From NCBI RefSeq assembly GCF_009914755.1, contig NC_060926.1: DNA of 64,000 bases. The stretch is one strand, 5' to 3'. This document shows, one piece after another, positions 44,621 to 60,259 of the stretch (its first letter is position 1; every line of letters begins with the position of its first letter). This DNA comes from the human T2T-CHM13v2.0 reference genome, Homo sapiens. The position numbers and the translations under genes are program-made. A model generated the notes under the pieces. It saw only the letters and a list, made by a program, of their open reading frames with translations, searched no databases and was not told the origin of the DNA.

Positions 44621-45259
44621 TGATGCACAGAGACGCTGCTGGCCAGGCTGGGGTGGGTTGCAAAGGCTTCCTTCCATGCACCACCAACCCTGTGGGCAGC
44701 CAGGGCCTAGCTCTCATGAAGGGGCCTTCCCAGGGCAAAGTGGGCCTCTGACTGCAACGTTCTCTGGGCAGAGATAGGCATCCTTCCCACTGCACAAACA
44801 AAAGGAGACCGTCAAGGGGAGAGGCTCACCAGAGGACCCTGGTGAGGGCGACGCCCAACTCCTCAGCACAAGGCTGTGCTTCTTCCATGGAGCCCGTTTG
44901 CCTGGGCCCAGCGCGTGCGGAGTGCGTTCCTTCTCGCTCCCTCTGTCCTGTGGGCCCTCCTCTCTCTCCCTCCAGCCTGGTGGAAGCTTTATTCTCGTCG
45001 GGGGCCAGAGGACAGAAACTACATCATACATTTTCCCGTGCGTCATGTTATCTTGCCTGGAATTTTGAAAATCTGTGAGTTTCTGGTTTTTCCATGGCAA
45101 GGCTCATTCCTCCAGACCTTAGTCACTCTGCTCTGGCTGCCTGGACTGCTAGAGAGGGGCCTCAGGGCGCACCTGGAGAAATTCACTGGGGCCCAGGTCA
45201 GAGGGATGGGTGGGTGAGAGCAACCCCTTCCTTAATAGTTCAAAATGGCCCTCTGGCTT

Positions 45260-46053
<794 letters not shown>

Positions 46054-46920
46054 TATGGACAATTTTATCACAAAAACTCACAGAGGAGAACCAAATGCAC
46101 ACCTATGCACCTGTTTATGCACGTGTAAATTTACACATTGATTACTCGATTCTGTATTTTGGTCCTTAATCCTCCCAGGTGTCAGCTCTCAGGTATAGCA
46201 GGAAAGTGACAAGCAAGGGCAGTCAACAATGACTCCTGGAAGCTTAAACATTTTTTGTTAATATCTACTTATTTATCTATGTATGTATGTATTTTTTTTT
46301 TTTTACCCTACTTGTCAGCTAATCCTACAAACTTTGACCAGGGGTTGCAGTTCCACCCTGAGCCCCCTCTGCCTGGCAAGAAATGGGAAGGGAGCTTCTC
46401 ACAGAATCCCAGATCTCAGCAGCTGTTAGGGCTGTGGCTTCCTCCTGCACAGGCTGCATTGCTGCAGGAGCGGTTCAGGGGCCTGTGTGAAGGAAAGTAG
46501 GACACAGACCATATGCCACGGAGTCAGGACTCAGTAAAGTTCCTGTTATCACAGCTTTGGATTGCTCCTGCTGCCCTCACCCCTCACATTTCTACACTGT
46601 CCCATCAGTGTGCCGCTGTCATCCTGCCCTGACTTTTTCAGGACTTGAATACAGGAATAATCCTATGCCAGTCCCCTTGCTAAACACCAGGTACAGAGAA
46701 GGGCAGGATAAAGACTGTCCATCAGGGGCAATGGAGAGGCCTCCTGTTAGAAGAGTTAAAGCAGGGCCTGGCCCTGGCACCAACTTTCATCTCCCCATTC
46801 TAGGTTGGTCTGTGACCTTTAGGCTTATCCTGATCCTGGGAAGGATGAGCTTCTTTGCAGTTTTCTTATCTCCTCTTTCTGGCCGGTAACATAGGCTTTT
46901 TTTTTTTTTTTTTTTTTTAG

Positions 46921-46991
46921 AAAATGCCTTTTCCCCCCCTGCATTGAAATATGCCAGCTATTCTATTTTCCTTTATGTCCATGAGTAACAG
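46921..46991 (+). ncRNA. Candidate 71-nt exon of a plus-strand lncRNA
   Basis: ggtaac branch-like motif, T22-ag acceptor and CAG|gtaagt donor. Confidence 0.45.
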
Positions 46992-47599
46992 GTAAGTTCC
47001 TGATGGACTGGGCCATGTCTTGGCCATTTCTTGGTACTGACCACAGCACCCAGCCCTCCGGCATGGAAAGGAAGGCCTCACGCATAGAGGTAAAGAATGC
47101 TGTTGCTGAGAATCTAATGGAGTGATTGCCAATATGTCATAAGAAAAGACTGCTCTTTCATAAATGAAAAACCATTTTTAAAAATCCTAATTATACTTTA
47201 TCTGTTTGGCTCAATATTTAATATCCTTACAGTATTTTAAATGGGCTGTCTAATTTTGCTCTTTTTCCTTCCTAATGATTTCTATCTTCGTCTCAATTGT
47301 AAGAAGTTAACAAGAACTACAAGTCTTGCCAATAGCATCCACACTTTCAGTTTTAAAATTTCTGCTCGTTTTTTGGTGAGCAATAAGGCTATTGACACCA
47401 CAGAACAGACAGAGGGCTGACACTGCAGAAACTGAGCATAGTCCCACTGGTGTGCCGTCACGAGACAACTGAGAAGTTTTGCTTGTCCATGGGCACTCGA
47501 AAGTCCAAATTCAACCTGCAGAAGGTGATTGAAGAGGGGTAAAGTACAAAGTTTGAAAGTGTGGGTTGTTCATAAGCCAAATATATAGAAGTTGAAAAT

Positions 47600-47730
47600 G
47601 TTGTCCAGCCCCACACAGAATGTAAGTACCTTGCAGGCAGGAACATTGTCCATTCTGTACATTGCTGTATCCCAGTGTCTAGAACAGGGGCTGGCTCACA
47701 GTAGATGCTCAATACTTACTGAAAGCATCA
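47600..47730 (+). mobile_element. L2 3' end
   Basis: tgtatcccagtgtctagaacag...cacagtagatgctcaata. Confidence 0.8.
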
Positions 47731-49549
47731 ACTGCCTATGCTTTGGAGTTTTTGTAGACACTTGTCCCATTCTACCTTGTATTACCATTACTGTATTTTA
47801 TTTCAAGACCAAAAGTTTCTGAAACCAGAAATAAGTCTTCCCTCCTATTACAAGTATCTCATTCATAACTAGGATTCAATAACTCTGTAGTAAATTATCT
47901 AATTTAGCCAATGATTAAATAATTTAGAAACAAAGTCCTAAATAGGTCATGAGGAAAGTGATGGCCCATGCGATAGAAATGGACAATTGCCGGAGCCCCT
48001 AGAAGGCCTAAAGTAACTGTGTGGCAGGCAAGTAAATTTCCTGCCCCAGAAATCTGGCAAAAGAATTCACTTGAGGATTTAAGTCTCAGAAATAAAGACC
48101 CAAGGTAGGAGGCAGAGAAGGGGAGGTCTTTTTCAGGGCCTATAGATTAAGGGTATTTAGATACCAGTTAAGAAAGGGACCAGATGCCAGCCAGGTTTGT
48201 GCTTCAGTTTAACCATGTTCCTTGCAAAACTTGCTTATGGGAAGATCAGAAGCTCTGACGATCATTACTGAAGAGGATTCAGAGAAATTATCGCCTACTC
48301 CCGGTTGAAGAGAGAACAAGTCGTGGTCTTTTTTTTGGTGTCAACCTCTATTGAAATGTGCTGTTGTCAAATCAAAAAGGGGACAGATTCGGAATTTTAC
48401 AACTCTGATAAAAGTGAAATAAAAGGAAATCTGTATCATCTTAATCAAAGCATGTGCCACCTGAGTCGGCTCCCCGTCTCGTCCCTTGGCCTTGGTGACT
48501 CTCGTGTGCTGGAGGTTAAGGGTTTGTTAAAGAAGATGGGTTTTGATTAAGTGTCACATTTAGTGTGATGTGACATGCTCTTTATCATTGCAAGGGAAGA
48601 TTGGGGGCCAAGGGGAGCTTTATAGCTAGTTCCCAATATAAATTAGGAGTCTTGGGGAATGGGTGCTTTGCAGTTGGCCTTGATCTTTCAAGGGCCCAAT
48701 GAATGTGTGTATGTGAGAGTGTGCACGCATGTATGTGTGTGTGTGTTTGGAGAGATAGCAGAAAAGTCAGTTTCCAGGTTCCTGCGCTAATGGGCTGGTT
48801 ACCCCCTCTTGGAGTTTGACTTGCAATTGTAACACAAGACTCCAGTTCTAAATTTGTCCACATTCTTGATGTACCAGGCAAAGGTCTTCGTACTTTTTAC
48901 TCCTTTGGAATTTCAGTGTTGCCACTGCACAAATTTGAAGATAGAGAAGCAAGAGGAAGCATTCCGAGTGCTGAATGCCATTTCTAACCAGAGGCCATGG
49001 ATGATGCCTACCCTGACTTTACCCAGAGAATGAAAACGTACAAATTCCCTTCAAATCTAAGGTGCACAGCACACCTGCAGACCCTGATTCTGGCTTAACT
49101 TGGAGCAGGGAGAGCACAGAGAAAGAGGTCACAGGAAACACCCAGAGTGAGCTGGAGTTCTCACGAGGAAGGGGAGGAGGGGATGAGGATTGAGGAATAC
49201 ATCCCAGAAGGACACTTCCACCCAATGGATTCCCCACCTCCAACTTAATCTTCTCCAAATATCACTCGCATGGAGTCTCTTCCCTGCTCGAAATCTTTCA
49301 ATAGCCCTCCTCTTCCCTCCCATTGCCTACAAATGAAAATCCACACTCTCCATCCTGGTATTCGATGCCTACATCCTGAGCACCACCAAATGAATCTTCT
49401 GTTCACTGCCCACAGAGTGACTTACTTGTTCCTGTCTTCAAGCACCCACTCATGTTGCTCCCCTACCTGAAACGCCTTCCCCCTTTCCCTCTCCCATGGA
49501 AAGGCCACCCATCTTCCTTAAGATGGAGTCACAGCCCGCTGAGATCACT

Positions 49550-49940
49550 CCTTTTATTTATTCCAGAAATATGAATTGAGAGCCTACTAAGTGCCCAGAA
49601 CTGCTCTGGGCACCTGGGATAGGACAGAGGACAAAACAGATAAAGCTACCTGCCTTTGGGGAGCTTGCAGTATTGCAGAAGGAGGGACTCTGATACTAAA
49701 TGCTAAACGCAGTACATCAGCAGGATGACTTAGTAGCTGAGGTTGCTATGGAAAAAAGAACAAAACAGAGGAGGGAAAGGGAGACCAGGAGCTTGGGCAT
49801 TGGGGGCAGAGGCCGGTTGCAGTATTAATAAACATGGACGGGCCCATCTCACTGAGGTGGAAGACTCTAGGGAGGTGAGAAGCCAGCTGAGCAGATGCCT
49901 GGGGGAGGAGAGTTCTGGGCAGAGGGAACACCTAGAGTAA
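49550..49940 (-). mobile_element. L2 3' fragment
   Basis: ttgagagcctactaagtgcccagaactgctctgggcac. Confidence 0.7.
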
Positions 49941-50027
49941 GGATGTCCTCTGTCCACACAGAGTTGCCCTGTCCTTAAGAGGGATGGAGCACCCCTCCTT
50001 CTCTCCCTCCTCCTCACTTTTCTGCAG

Positions 50028-50189
50028 GCAGCAGGTCTCTGCAAAAGATGCCTGTGGACAAAGAAGATGTAAGAAGATCCATAAGGTTGACACTGAAGGG
50101 AAAGGCCTCCAATGTTTGTTGTGGCATTAAGGCAGAGAAATTAGAAGAGTAATGGAGAAGTGCTTAGGTTTTTATTGCTGTGTTCAAAG
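50028..50189 (+). ncRNA. Candidate 162-nt exon of a plus-strand lncRNA
   Basis: Acceptor ccttctctccctcctcctcacttttctgcag|; donor AAG|gtaagt; stops in all three frames. Confidence 0.5.
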
Positions 50190-50573
50190 GTAAGTTTTTT
50201 AAACATCAAATTTATAATAGTATTACCTGGCTATTGCCTCTTGATGCGGGAAAAAATGCCAACTACACTTGGGAAATAGACAACACCCCTCTGCTCCTTG
50301 AAACAGCTCCTCCTGGCTCAGTTCCTCCCTCCTGCTGACTCACCCATTGCCGTGCGGCTTGTCTTCCGCCCTCATCACTGAGACTTCATCAAAGCTTTCT
50401 AATATCCATCTCCCTGGACAGGGTGATGGTCATTACGTGCAGGTCATCTTGCCTTAATGTGGAGTATGGAGCTGAGTCTCTGCTCTTTCACTTCCTCCCT
50501 GTGTGACCTTGGGTGAGTTACTCAGCCAGTTTGGGCCTTGATTCACCTATCCATAAAATGGGGTTTATCTTAA

Positions 50574-51000
<427 letters not shown>

Positions 51001-53629
51001 TTCTTCTCTTGCTGCTTGTGCTTGCAGTCCCTGCTCCCTCCCACGTTTCTGCCCATCCCATAAGCAGCAGCGAGGTTTCCCAGAACTCTGGCTTCTCTCC
51101 CTGCCCACACTTCCTACCTGGCCTCTTCACAGCCACAGCCAGGGCTTCAACCACCCCCATTTATACTAGTGGCCACCACCCCCATTTTCTCTATCCCAGC
51201 CCCTAGCCTAAGTTCCAGACTGGTGGATCCACTTCGTGCCGAGTAGCACTCAATCCAAGTCTGTCTAGGCTGATTTCATCTCTACCTCACCCTCGCCTCC
51301 TCTTCCTGATCCCTGTATATCATTACCCCCGCTCCCTCCCAGCCTGTCTTTCATTCTTTTAATCATCAACACTCTGGAATGTCTGTAAAGTTAAACAAAG
51401 ATCCCTGGGATGTGGTCCCTACCCTCAGGGATCTCCCAGGGCAACAGACAGAGGCAGTAATTACAATTCAAAGAAGAAGGTGGCTTGACAAAAGGAAACA
51501 TAGGCCTTAGGTGAGTGGTAGCAGAGGGGCCTACCTGGCCTAGGGGTTCAGGGGACTTCTCTAAGAGGGCTTGAGGAACCCAGGCAAGAAGTCAACAGGA
51601 ATGGCCTTGAATACATTCTTATTTTGGAGGACTCTTAATCAGTTGCTTATTGCCTCAGGAAAGAAATAAGGACAGGTGGATTGCAGATCTCTCTGGGCCC
51701 CAGGCACTCTTACTTGTGGAGACCACGCCCCACCATAGAATAGGCATTAAATTGCATGCCTGTCCCACATCAAGCATAGTTATTCTGTATTGCTGTTTCT
51801 GAGAGATCTCTGATAACTTTGCTTTTTAAAGTTATCTGACTACAACGCCCCTAACCCCTGCTAATTTAATATATATTGGCTATGCCTTCTCTCAAGGCCA
51901 TGAATAGTCAGAAACTCTTGTATAGGAGAAAAACCTAACCTACAAATTGCTGTCAAATGTACTGAAATTTCTATGAAATCAAAAGTTAACAAGGGAGCTG
52001 ACATAATTTACATTTTGGAGCCATTGAAATATTTGTTAATTTTAATTTTGCACTTTTCTTCTTGTATTTTGGAGCTACCACACCCCCACACCACCCCTTG
52101 CTGCCGGGTTTCAAGTCTTTTAGTAGGACCTTGGCAAGTTTGTAGTCCTGGTGATGAGCTTAGGGAGGTTACTGGGTAACTGGGCCATCAGAACCAAGCC
52201 TGTGTCCACCAGGATGGAGAGGACAGGCAGGACAGTTGGTATTAAAGAGACATTTAGGAGAGAGACATTTAGGATAAGACTTAGTGAAAGATCAGAGTTG
52301 TGCAGAGAGGACTTCGAGTGACTCAGAGTCTGAGTGGCTGGTGGGCCCATTCCCCAAAGACACAATGAAGGAGAAATAAATGGAGGGAAGAGAAATGGTT
52401 AATTTGGGGTGGGGCACATTAACTCCAAGACAGGCAATCAGTTTGCCTGAAGGACCCCCAAATGGAGACATCCAGGGGACTTTAGATGGATGGGTCTGGG
52501 GATGAGCAGATGCTCTTGGCTTAGGAAGGGCCAGCCCCTGCACTTTGTCCTCTCAACATCCCTTTGGGGTAGGTGCTGCTACCATCTCCACATTATCTCC
52601 AGATGAGACTGAGCTGCAGGGAGGTGAAGGAACTCGCCCAAGGCTACACGCAGATGTAGGTGGGGGCACTCTGCCCATACTCTGAGCCACTCAATCTGGG
52701 AGATGGGAGGAAGTAGGAGGTGCCCGAAGTCTTGGGAATACAAGTAAAGGTTAAAGTGTACAGAGACAAGAGATGATTCTGAGGGAACACTCACTATTTT
52801 AAGAGAGTCTGTGGAGGAGCAGCAACTAGAGAAGGAAGGGGAGACCTGGACAGGGTTGGGTCCTGGATGCCTCTGGGATGCCGGAAGGAGGGTGGCAGAG
52901 CCATCATTGTGAGGGGCTGCCACAATGGCACTGGAGGTCCATTTGGCAAATTGAAGCTAAATTAGCAGGGCTCCAACTGAGGTTTGTGGGAGTATTCAAA
53001 GGCACCCAAGTAGAGCAGGGATGAGGATGAGAGCTGAAAACTCACCAGCATCCCTCTCCCCAAGCCGGGTACCACTCCCCACCAAGTCCCGTATGAGCCA
53101 GAACACAGCAATGGGGTGCAGGTTGGGGGGTAGGCAAACGATAGATGTAGAAGAAGTGTATCAAAGACTTGCCTTTCAAGTTCTTTGGCTGGAAGGAAAG
53201 GAGAGTGAAGGTGATGTCTAGAGAAGGAAGCAGAGTTGAACATTTCTCCCTGAACCGAAAGAACCAGCAGACAGGGGAGGATGAACGAATGAACTAGGCA
53301 CTGCGGTTACCTAGTGACCCAGCAGAAGACTTTCCAACTGAGTCTTCCTTACAAACCACAGAATGTAGAGCTCCATCCTGAACTCCCTACACCTTGCTTC
53401 AGTAGGGCCTTCAGGGTTGACAGTTTTTAGTCAGCCCTGCAGAAAGGAGACAGATAATCAGTTTGCTCCTAAATATCACTGGCTCCATTCATCCTGGAAT
53501 GGCGATATCAGGCACCAAAGCACAGACTGCTGGGACGTGGGGGACCTGGGAGAACCATAGGCAGCACCTTCTGAAACAGAAGAGTCACACACAAGGATGA
53601 CTCTGAACATTCCCTCTTTCAACAAAGCA

Positions 53630-54610
53630 ATACGGGCTCATTAAATAACATTTGGAAAACACAGGAAAGTTAATTAAAGAAAATATCCCACTCATAGTCC
53701 TGTTATCCAAACACTAGTATTACTCATTTTTTAAGATCTTCTGGGGATTTTCTCTGTGTAGGGTTTTTTTTTTTTTTTTAATCTTAGCTGTAGTCATGTC
53801 TACAATTTCATATCCTGCTTTTCCTACTTACTATATTGTGTTTTCTTCTGTCATTACTCACTTTAGTTTATTGTAATGAGTGCATAAAATATCATCATGT
53901 GAATTTGTCAAAGTTTATTTAACCATTGCCCTAGAGTTGGACATTTAGATTACTTTCAGTGTTTTGATGTTGTCAATTTTTGTTACTATAAATGATATTG
54001 CAATGCGTATGTGCACATAAACCATTTTTTGGCATTTAGGGTTATTTCTTTAAGACAGAGTCTCAGAAGTGAAGTTATCGAATTAACAAGTATGAACGCT
54101 TCTCAAGAGTTTTACATTCATACTGCCAAATTCCTCCCCAAAGGGCACTATATTAATGTATACTGTGATTAGCAATATGTAAAAATGTTAGCTTTGTGAT
54201 GGCTTAAACCACACTGGCTAGTATTACTAAAAAAAAATTGTTTTTGCTAATTTAATAGGTAAAAAGTGAGCTTGATTTTTTAATGTAAACTTTGTAGTGA
54301 AGTTTATCATGCGTTCAGAAAAGTACACAAATCACGAGTGAATTTTTACAAAGTGAACACCCCTGAGTAATCAGCACCCAGATTAAGAAACAGAACCTTA
54401 CCCCTAGAGGCCACTATTGTGGCCCCGTTCCCCCTCCTCCACTCCACCCAAGGGTCATCGTTGTTCTGACTTCTCCCACCAGGGGCTAGTTTTGGAAAGT
54501 GGCGTTGCTCTAATTTTCATTTCCTGGATTACTAGTGGATCTAACCGCTTGCCACATCTTAGTTGATGAGCTGTAGTTTCTCTTTTGTAAATTGTCTTTT
54601 TAAGTTCTTT
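53630..54610 (-). mobile_element. Old L1M (L1ME/L1MB-like) fragments
   Basis: ttggacatttagattactttcag; aaagtgaacacccctgagtaatcagcacccagattaagaaacagaac. Confidence 0.7.
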
Positions 54611-54766
54611 GTCTCAGAAACTGTTGATTCTTAAGCTATTTCCCAATGTCGAGTTTGGCTAAAGGCGGAGTGTAGTCATCATGACATTGTTTGAAACTGG
54701 AGAAACATGTCGTATGTGTGTCTATGTGTGTACGTTTTTTGCTCTCATGATCTTATCCTGACAATG

Positions 54767-55247
54767 TAGTAGTCCCCCCATCCAAAGTTCCACTTTCCAT
54801 AGTTTCAGTTACCCATGATCAGCCTTGGTCTGAAAATATTAAATGGAAACACCAGAAATAAACAATTCCTAAGTTTTCAGTTGTATACTGTTCTGGGTGG
54901 CATGATTAAATCCCATACTGCCCCACTCTGTCCTGCCAGGACGTGACTCACCCCTTTGTCCAGCATCTTGGTGCCATAGACGCTCCCTGCCCGTGGTTGC
55001 TCCGTAGCCCTCTTGGCAGTATCACTATGCCTGTGTTCCAGTAACTCTTACTTCACTTAATTGTTCTATCTTGTTATTAGTTATTGTTGCTAATCTCTTA
55101 CTGTGTCTAATTTATTAATTAAGCTTTATCATAAGTATGTATATACAGGAAAAAACGTAGCCTATGTAGGGTTCAGTACTATCTGTAGTTTCAGACAAAC
55201 ACTGAGAGTCTTGGGGTGAATTCCCTCCATGAGGGGGGACAGGTGTA
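54767..55247. mobile_element. MER44-like (TcMar-Tigger) element
   Basis: agtagtccccccatcc...gtctgaaaatattaaatggaaa...gggttcagtactatctgtagtttcag. Confidence 0.8.
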
Positions 55248-57500
55248 CTCCTCTTATTTATGCTTCTCCATTGCAAAGCAAGATGGCATCTCTCTAGGCA
55301 ACACCTGGAAGCCAGGGTAACTTTTTGGTGACAAAGCTGAGCCTAAATAGTCTCTGCTGTACTTCCAGTGTCTGTGAGAATTACAGAAATAGGTCACTGA
55401 ACCTTTTTAAAAATAGAACTGACACATTTGGGGAAAGCATTTTTTCTGCTGAGATAGCACACAGTACAAGATGAAATGATCCCTAGAGGGTAGATGAATT
55501 TAGACATTTGGTATTAAAAATAAATAAATAGTCTTAATGACTCACAGGGAACATAGCACCTTTCATAAGAAAGGTCTCTAAACATTGTTACCTGAACAGA
55601 CCACAATAAATTTCTAATATACAAGGTACAAGCCATTGCCAGCCCCTGCCCACCTACACCTGGCAACAGCTTTTGATGGGAAGAGAAGGGCCACATTGGC
55701 TGTGGGCAGTTCCCTCAGCAATGCCAGATGTCCTGTCTCCCTGGGTTTGCTTGATCCCCTCTTAATTTCCTACACAGCCCACCAGCTCACCCTTGGACAG
55801 GCATATGGCTGCATAAGAGGCAAGAAGGGGTAGGGTTACCACACTGCCTGCGAGCATCTCCACTCCAGCTCTTCCAAGGCCTTGACCGCTTTGTGTTAGG
55901 GCAGCCCCAGAATCCTTTACCCAACGCTCCCCATGAGCTGTCTGGGACCCCAGATCTGCCTGTGCGGGGCCCTTTTCCACTTCCTCCTGAGCCATCTTCA
56001 GAAAGCTCCCTCTGGCTATTGCCCAGCCCCTCTTCACACCCCCTGCTGCCTTCAGGAGCCTCATGAATCCACAGTGGACCTCAGGTCTTCTTAAGAGATT
56101 CCTAAGGAACTCCCTCCCCTTCCATGCTGGGCTCTGCTACTGAGAAGAGCAAGGTCTGCCGGCTGGAAGGCAGGACCTCGGGGTACTGCGGGGAAGATGC
56201 TTTGATTTAGTCCAAGAATGGCAGGAGAATACCAAGAGGGATTGGCTGTCCCAGAAGTGGGGCGTGAATGGAAGCAAGGGGTGAAGTAGAGCAGGGGCAG
56301 GGCCACTCGCCTTTTAGGAAGCGTGGGCAGCAGGGAGAAAGGTATAGGGCTGTCACTACCCAGGTATCAGAGCAGTGGCTCTGGGAATGTGGGAAATAGG
56401 AGGGGACAGAGGGACAGGTATAAGACATTCTTCAGAAGTAGAACCCACTGAAGATTTGGTGACATAGAGTTGGCACCAAGGGAAAGACGAGTCACAGATG
56501 CCATGCAGCACCTTCTAACAAGAACTCAGCTCCTTTCATGATACAAGTGTCCATTCCATAGGAGTGTACTGAGTGCTTACTTTGTGGCAGATACTGCTGT
56601 AGACTCTAGAAATGACATGTAGCTGCTACCCAAAGGGAGTTTTAATTCTGTTGGGAGAAAGGCAGGCAATGCAGACAACAAAGTAAACAAATAAAAAAGA
56701 TGATTTCCCATGGTGACAGATGCTCTTGGAAAATAATTTGGGCCGGGGGAATTGTGGGATCGGGAGGACTTTTCAGAGAAAATGACATTGGAGCTGGATA
56801 AAAAGAAGGGGCCAGTCCAGGAGAAGCCAGGGCAACAATATTCTAGGTAAATAAAAGAGCCTCTGCAAAATGCCCCAAGGTAGCATCAACCTTGGCACAC
56901 TTGAGGAGCAGAAAGAGGACCACTGTGGCATGACAAAAAGAATTTTGCAAGACTAAATTGTTTTCTGACCTCCTGCAGAGCTGCCGTTGAAGCCTTACTA
57001 ACTTAGAGTTTCACCTCTGGTTTCTAGACACTACAAGCCCTTCCCGTTTCTCTTTTCTCTTTCTCTCCAGACCAGCTACAGCAAGGAGGGAGATCAGTAG
57101 CCTTAAGACCCCATGTAGGACTTAAGAAAGGACTGGAACCAGTTCAGTCCTCCCAGAAGCCAAATGGGGAGGGGGTCCTGAGGCCAGTCTGGCTCCCTTT
57201 TTCAAGAATGTGGTTCTTAACCACCTTTGAGCTATGAACTCCTATAGCAATCTGATACAAGCTGGGAAAAATTACACACACACATAATTCTGTACACAAC
57301 CTCAGAGAAAGCACATTGTAGACCTTCTCCTAAGGTCGCTACTTTGGCAGTTCTTTCAAAACCAGTCCATTTTCTCATTAAGGCTGTGTCCCTTTCACAG
57401 AAGAGAGGATGTGTGAAAAAAAAAAAACACCTTATAAACAGCAAATCAACCTATTAATACAGCCTATAAATACAAATTCTTGTAAGATATAGAATAGATC

Positions 57501-58080
<580 letters not shown>

Positions 58081-58434
58081 AGGCTTCCCAAGAGGCACAC
58101 GGCAGGGCAATGCCATCTTGACCTCTCTTTGAAGTCTCTCCATGGCCTTACGCAGGACCTGGAGGCGCTCACGGCAAAGGCAGTGTTTGTGCACGCACAC
58201 TTGGCCCACATCAGCCTCCTGGTGAGAAACAGAGACACAGAGGAAATGATGTTTTCTAACACAGGGAAAGAAGCACAGGGCCTGCCTTCAGAAATCAAGG
58301 TTGCGTAGACAGAGGGGAACTTTTTACTAGGGCTTCCTCTTGGCCAATTAAACCTAATGACTCATTTCCTTTTTCTTCTGAAAACAAAACAGCATTTTCT
58401 CCTACCGTCCTGAAGGAGGAGAAACCTGGAAGAT

Positions 58435-58449
58435 CGCCACCTAGTGGCC
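58435..58449 (-). promoter_or_regulatory. CTCF binding motif
   Basis: Minus strand GGCCACTAGGTGGCG matches the CCACYAGRKGGC core with consensus flanks. Confidence 0.7.
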
Positions 58450-58966
58450 CAGACCATCAAGATCGTGGCTCCTTCTCCCCCTGCTACCCCGCCCCCACTT
58501 CATAGGCCACCTTGCCTATTAGAAAACTGGACCCATACCCCTCACCATGCAGCAAGATAATCTCAAATGGATCAGAAATTCAAACGTAAAAAATGAACAC
58601 AAACAAGTATTAGAAGACACATCGGTGGACTTCTTTATACCCTGGGTGTGGGAAGTCTGTCTATGATTAAAATCCCAGACGCAAACCAAAGGGCCTCTGG
58701 GCGCTTGCTCCTCCAGCTAAGACAGGAGTTGGGGGGGAAAGGGGATGTGTGTGCAATCTTCACCTCCATGTGGCATCTGCCCTACCCCATTAGAGCTAAG
58801 TGACTGTCCCCAACCTGGGCTCCTGGGATCAAGCGGAGGGAAACAGATAAAAAACAATTAAACTGACTGGGCCCACTGCCCCCTTTGCCTTCTTGGCAGA
58901 CAGGAAAAGAGGTCTCAAAGCTGTGCCTCACAAAAAGGAAGACACTTAAGATATCAAGGGGCATGG

Positions 58967-59281
58967 AGCTGGGCACAGTGGCTCCCACCTGCAATCCCAG
59001 CACTTTGGAAGGACAGGCAGGAGGATCCTTTGAGTCCAGGAGTTTGAGACCCGCCTGGACAAAATATTGAGACCCTGTCTCTACAAAAAGTAAAATAAAA
59101 TAATTAAAAATTAGCCAGGTGCAGCACTGCATCCCTGTAGTCTCAGCTACTCTGAAGGCTGAGGCAGGAGAATCATTTGAGCCAGGAGGTCGAGGCTGCA
59201 GTGAGCCAAGATCACACCACTGCACTCCAGCCTGGGCCAGAGTGGAAGACCTTGTCTCAAAAAATAAAATAAAATAAAAAA
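58967..59281 (+). mobile_element. Alu (AluJ-like)
   Basis: Sense Alu with a (TAAAA)n tail. Confidence 0.93.
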
Positions 59282-59299
59282 GTAGTTTTTTTTTCAAAT

Positions 59300-60259
59300 A
59301 AAAATTTTAAGAGAGGCATGGAAACCCAGTCCAAGCTCAGCCTGACACCAAAATGAATGCTTTGCTAATGAAAAATAAAATACTCCAACGGCATAAAATA
59401 AAGTATTAATAAATTCAACAACTTTAAAAAAACCTGCTGCATGGCAAGAAAATTGGCACATTGTGAGAAATATTTGCAACATTTTCACAGAAACAGGTTA
59501 ATCTGTAATATTAGGAATGTAATGAACTTTTAAATATTGAGGGGAAAAGGCCAAAACTTGATAGAAAATTAGGCAAAAGGCGTGAACAAACAGTTCATAC
59601 ACACAGATACAAAAATATGTAGATGGACCTTAAAATACAGAAAGATGTTCAACTTCACTCATTATGTTATAAATATATATTAGAACTACATTGAGATACC
59701 AATCTTTATAAAATTGACAGAATTTCAGAAGTTTGACCATGCACTCCATTGGCAAGGCTGTAATGATTCTCATAATCATTGGTGGGAATGCAAAATGATA
59801 CACCCCTGTGGAGGGAATTTGGAAATATCTAGCAAAACTATATATGCAATTTACCCTTTGACTCAGTAATACTAACTCCAGGAATTTATCCTGAAAGTAC
59901 ACTTCTACAAATATAAAACAACGTATTTATAAGGTTGTTCACGGAGACATTACTTAAACAGCAAAATATTAGAAACAATTTCATTCAATTAGGATAGTAA
60001 TTGAATAAACTGTGATGCAGTCACACAATGGAGTACTACACAGCTGACAAGTGTTGAGGAATATTTCTCTGAATTAACATGTAGTAATTTCCAGGATATG
60101 TTAAGTGAAAAAAATTAAAGTACTAAATAATGGATATATTATGCTACGTTTTTTGTATAAGAAAGAGAGATACAGGAAGAATAAACCAAAAACAAGTAGT
60201 TGCCTATAGGGGATTGGCAGGAATGGAGTGGAAGTAATAAGGATGTGAGTTTACCCTTT
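59300..60259 (+). mobile_element. Old L1M ORF2/3'UTR fragments
   Basis: ggtgggaatgcaaaatgatac; aaactgtgatgcagtcacacaatggagtactacacagc. Confidence 0.75.
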
